The position numbers and the translations under genes are program-made. Positions 62,500 to 64,000 of a stretch of 64,000 bases of DNA are shown one piece after another. The notes beneath the pieces were generated by a model. That model made no database searches and was not told the origin of the DNA. It worked only from the letters and a program-made list of their open reading frames with translations. Within the stretch, counting starts at the first letter, position 1. Each line of letters opens with the position of its first letter. The stretch comes from Sphyrna mokarran (taxonomy: Eukaryota): positions 18,786,001-18,850,000 of the forward strand of contig JAGIQG010000035.1 of assembly GCA_024679065.1 (NCBI GenBank), in the 5' to 3' direction.

Positions 62500-63890
62500 A
62501 ATTCTAACCGGGTTAGACAGAGTAGATTCAGAAAGAATGTTCCCAATGATGGGGGAATCCAGAACTAGGGGTCATAGTTTGAGAATTAGGGAGTCATAAT
62601 TTGAGGATTTATCATAAATGAATATTTCTCATCAGTATTTACTGTAGAGAAAGGCATGGATATTAGAGAACTTGGGGAAATATAAAGTGGTGTCTTGAGG
62701 AGTGTACATATTACAGAGAAGGAATTGCTGGAAGTCTTAAAGCGCATCAAGGTAGATAAATCCCCAGAACCTGATGAAGTGTGTCCCAAGACATTGTGGG
62801 AGGCTAGGGAGGAAATTGCAGGTCCCCTTTAATTTGAATCATCGACAGCCACAGGTGAGATGCCTGAAGGTTGGAGGGTGGCAAATATTGTGCCTTTGTT
62901 CATGAAGTGTTGCAGGGAAAAGCCTGATAACTACAGGCCGGTGAGCCTTACATCCTAACTACAAATGTTGTTAGAAAGTATTGTGAGAGACAATATCTGC
63001 AGGCATTCAGAGAGGCAAGGACTGATTAGAAATAGACGCTTTGTGAGTTGAAAATCAATCCTTCACAAATTTGATTGAGTTTTTTGAAGGAGTAACAAAG
63101 AAGGTAGATGAGGGCAGTGCAATTGACATTGTCTACATGGACTTTAGCAACACCTTTGACAAGATACTGCATGGTAGGTTGTTGCATAAGATTAAATCTC
63201 ACGTGATCAAGGTTGAGGGAGCTAAATGGATACAAAATTAGCTTCTTGACAGAATGCTGGCGTTGGACTGGGATAAACACAGTAAGAAGTTTCACAACGC
63301 CAGGTTAGAGTCCAACCAGTTTATTTGAAGCCAGAGGGTGGTTGGAGAGGGTTGTTTTGTTTTTCAAACTGAAGGCCTGTGACCAGTGATATGCCTCAGG
63401 GATCAGTGCTAGGGCCACTGTTATTTGCTATTTATATTAATAATTTAGATGGGAATTTAGGAGGCTTGGTAGTAAGTTTTCAAATGACACCAAGATTGGT
63501 GGCAGAGTGGATAGTGAAGAAGGTTATCTCAAATTGCAATGGGATCTTGATCAATTGGGTCAGTGGGCTGACGAATGGCAGATAGAGTTTAATTTAGATA
63601 AATCTGAGGACTTAATGGTAGGGTATTGATGAGACTTAGAGAACAAAGAGATCTAAGAGTAAAGGTTCATAGCTCTTTAAAAGTGGAGTCATAGGTGGAC
63701 AGGGTGGTGAAGAATGCTTAGTTTCATTGGTCAGAATATTGAATACAGGAATTGGGACATCTTGTTGAAATTGTACAATACATTAGTAAGGCCGATATTG
63801 AATTCGATGATCAGCTACGATCAAAATGAATGGCAGAGCAGGCTCGAAGGGCTGAATGACCTAATACTGCCTCTACTTCCTTTGTTTTTC
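62500..63890 (+). mobile_element. Degraded CR1 RT fragments with a Penelope end inserted near 63250-63328
   Basis: KSP.PD, YMDFS.TFDK and [11 protein letters not shown]. Confidence 0.85.
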
Positions 63891-64000
63891 ATTTTTAAGT
63901 AACAGGCATTGTGGCTATGCTATTTTTTAAAATTGAGTTTCTCAATCCATGAGTAAGAAAATACACAATAAGAAGTCTCACAACAACAGGTTAAAGTCCA

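Overview
Eukaryotic genomic DNA, very probably from a cartilaginous fish (shark). The evidence is dense CR1 LINEs, HE1/V-SINE-type SINEs and Penelope elements. The window holds two tandem minus-strand paralogues of an ICAM/VCAM-type immunoglobulin-superfamily adhesion receptor. Gene B appears complete. It has 7 coding exons with all phase-1 junctions (57475-57406, 49904-49635, 47819-47505, 40729-40436, 37445-37158, 27227-26946, 19805-19591). These give 1734 nt and 577 aa: signal peptide, 5 Ig domains, transmembrane helix and tail. A broken sixth Ig exon lies at about 27937-28072. Gene A runs off the left edge after its signal, D1 and D2 exons (7341-7275, 5113-4838, 631-317). Main observations: (1) the D1 exons are only about 55% identical in protein, while the D2 exons match at 314 of 315 nt with diverged intron flanks; (2) the D1 exon of gene B sits in the loop of a perfect 433-bp inverted repeat; (3) both promoters keep a GAS-like plus kB-like module; (4) there are several locally templated insertion scars; (5) one CR1 family carries a V-SINE-like domain in its 3'UTR; (6) three minisatellites have palindromic units, one directly upstream of the gene B promoter. 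Most ORFs in the supplied track are transposon fragments or spurious.
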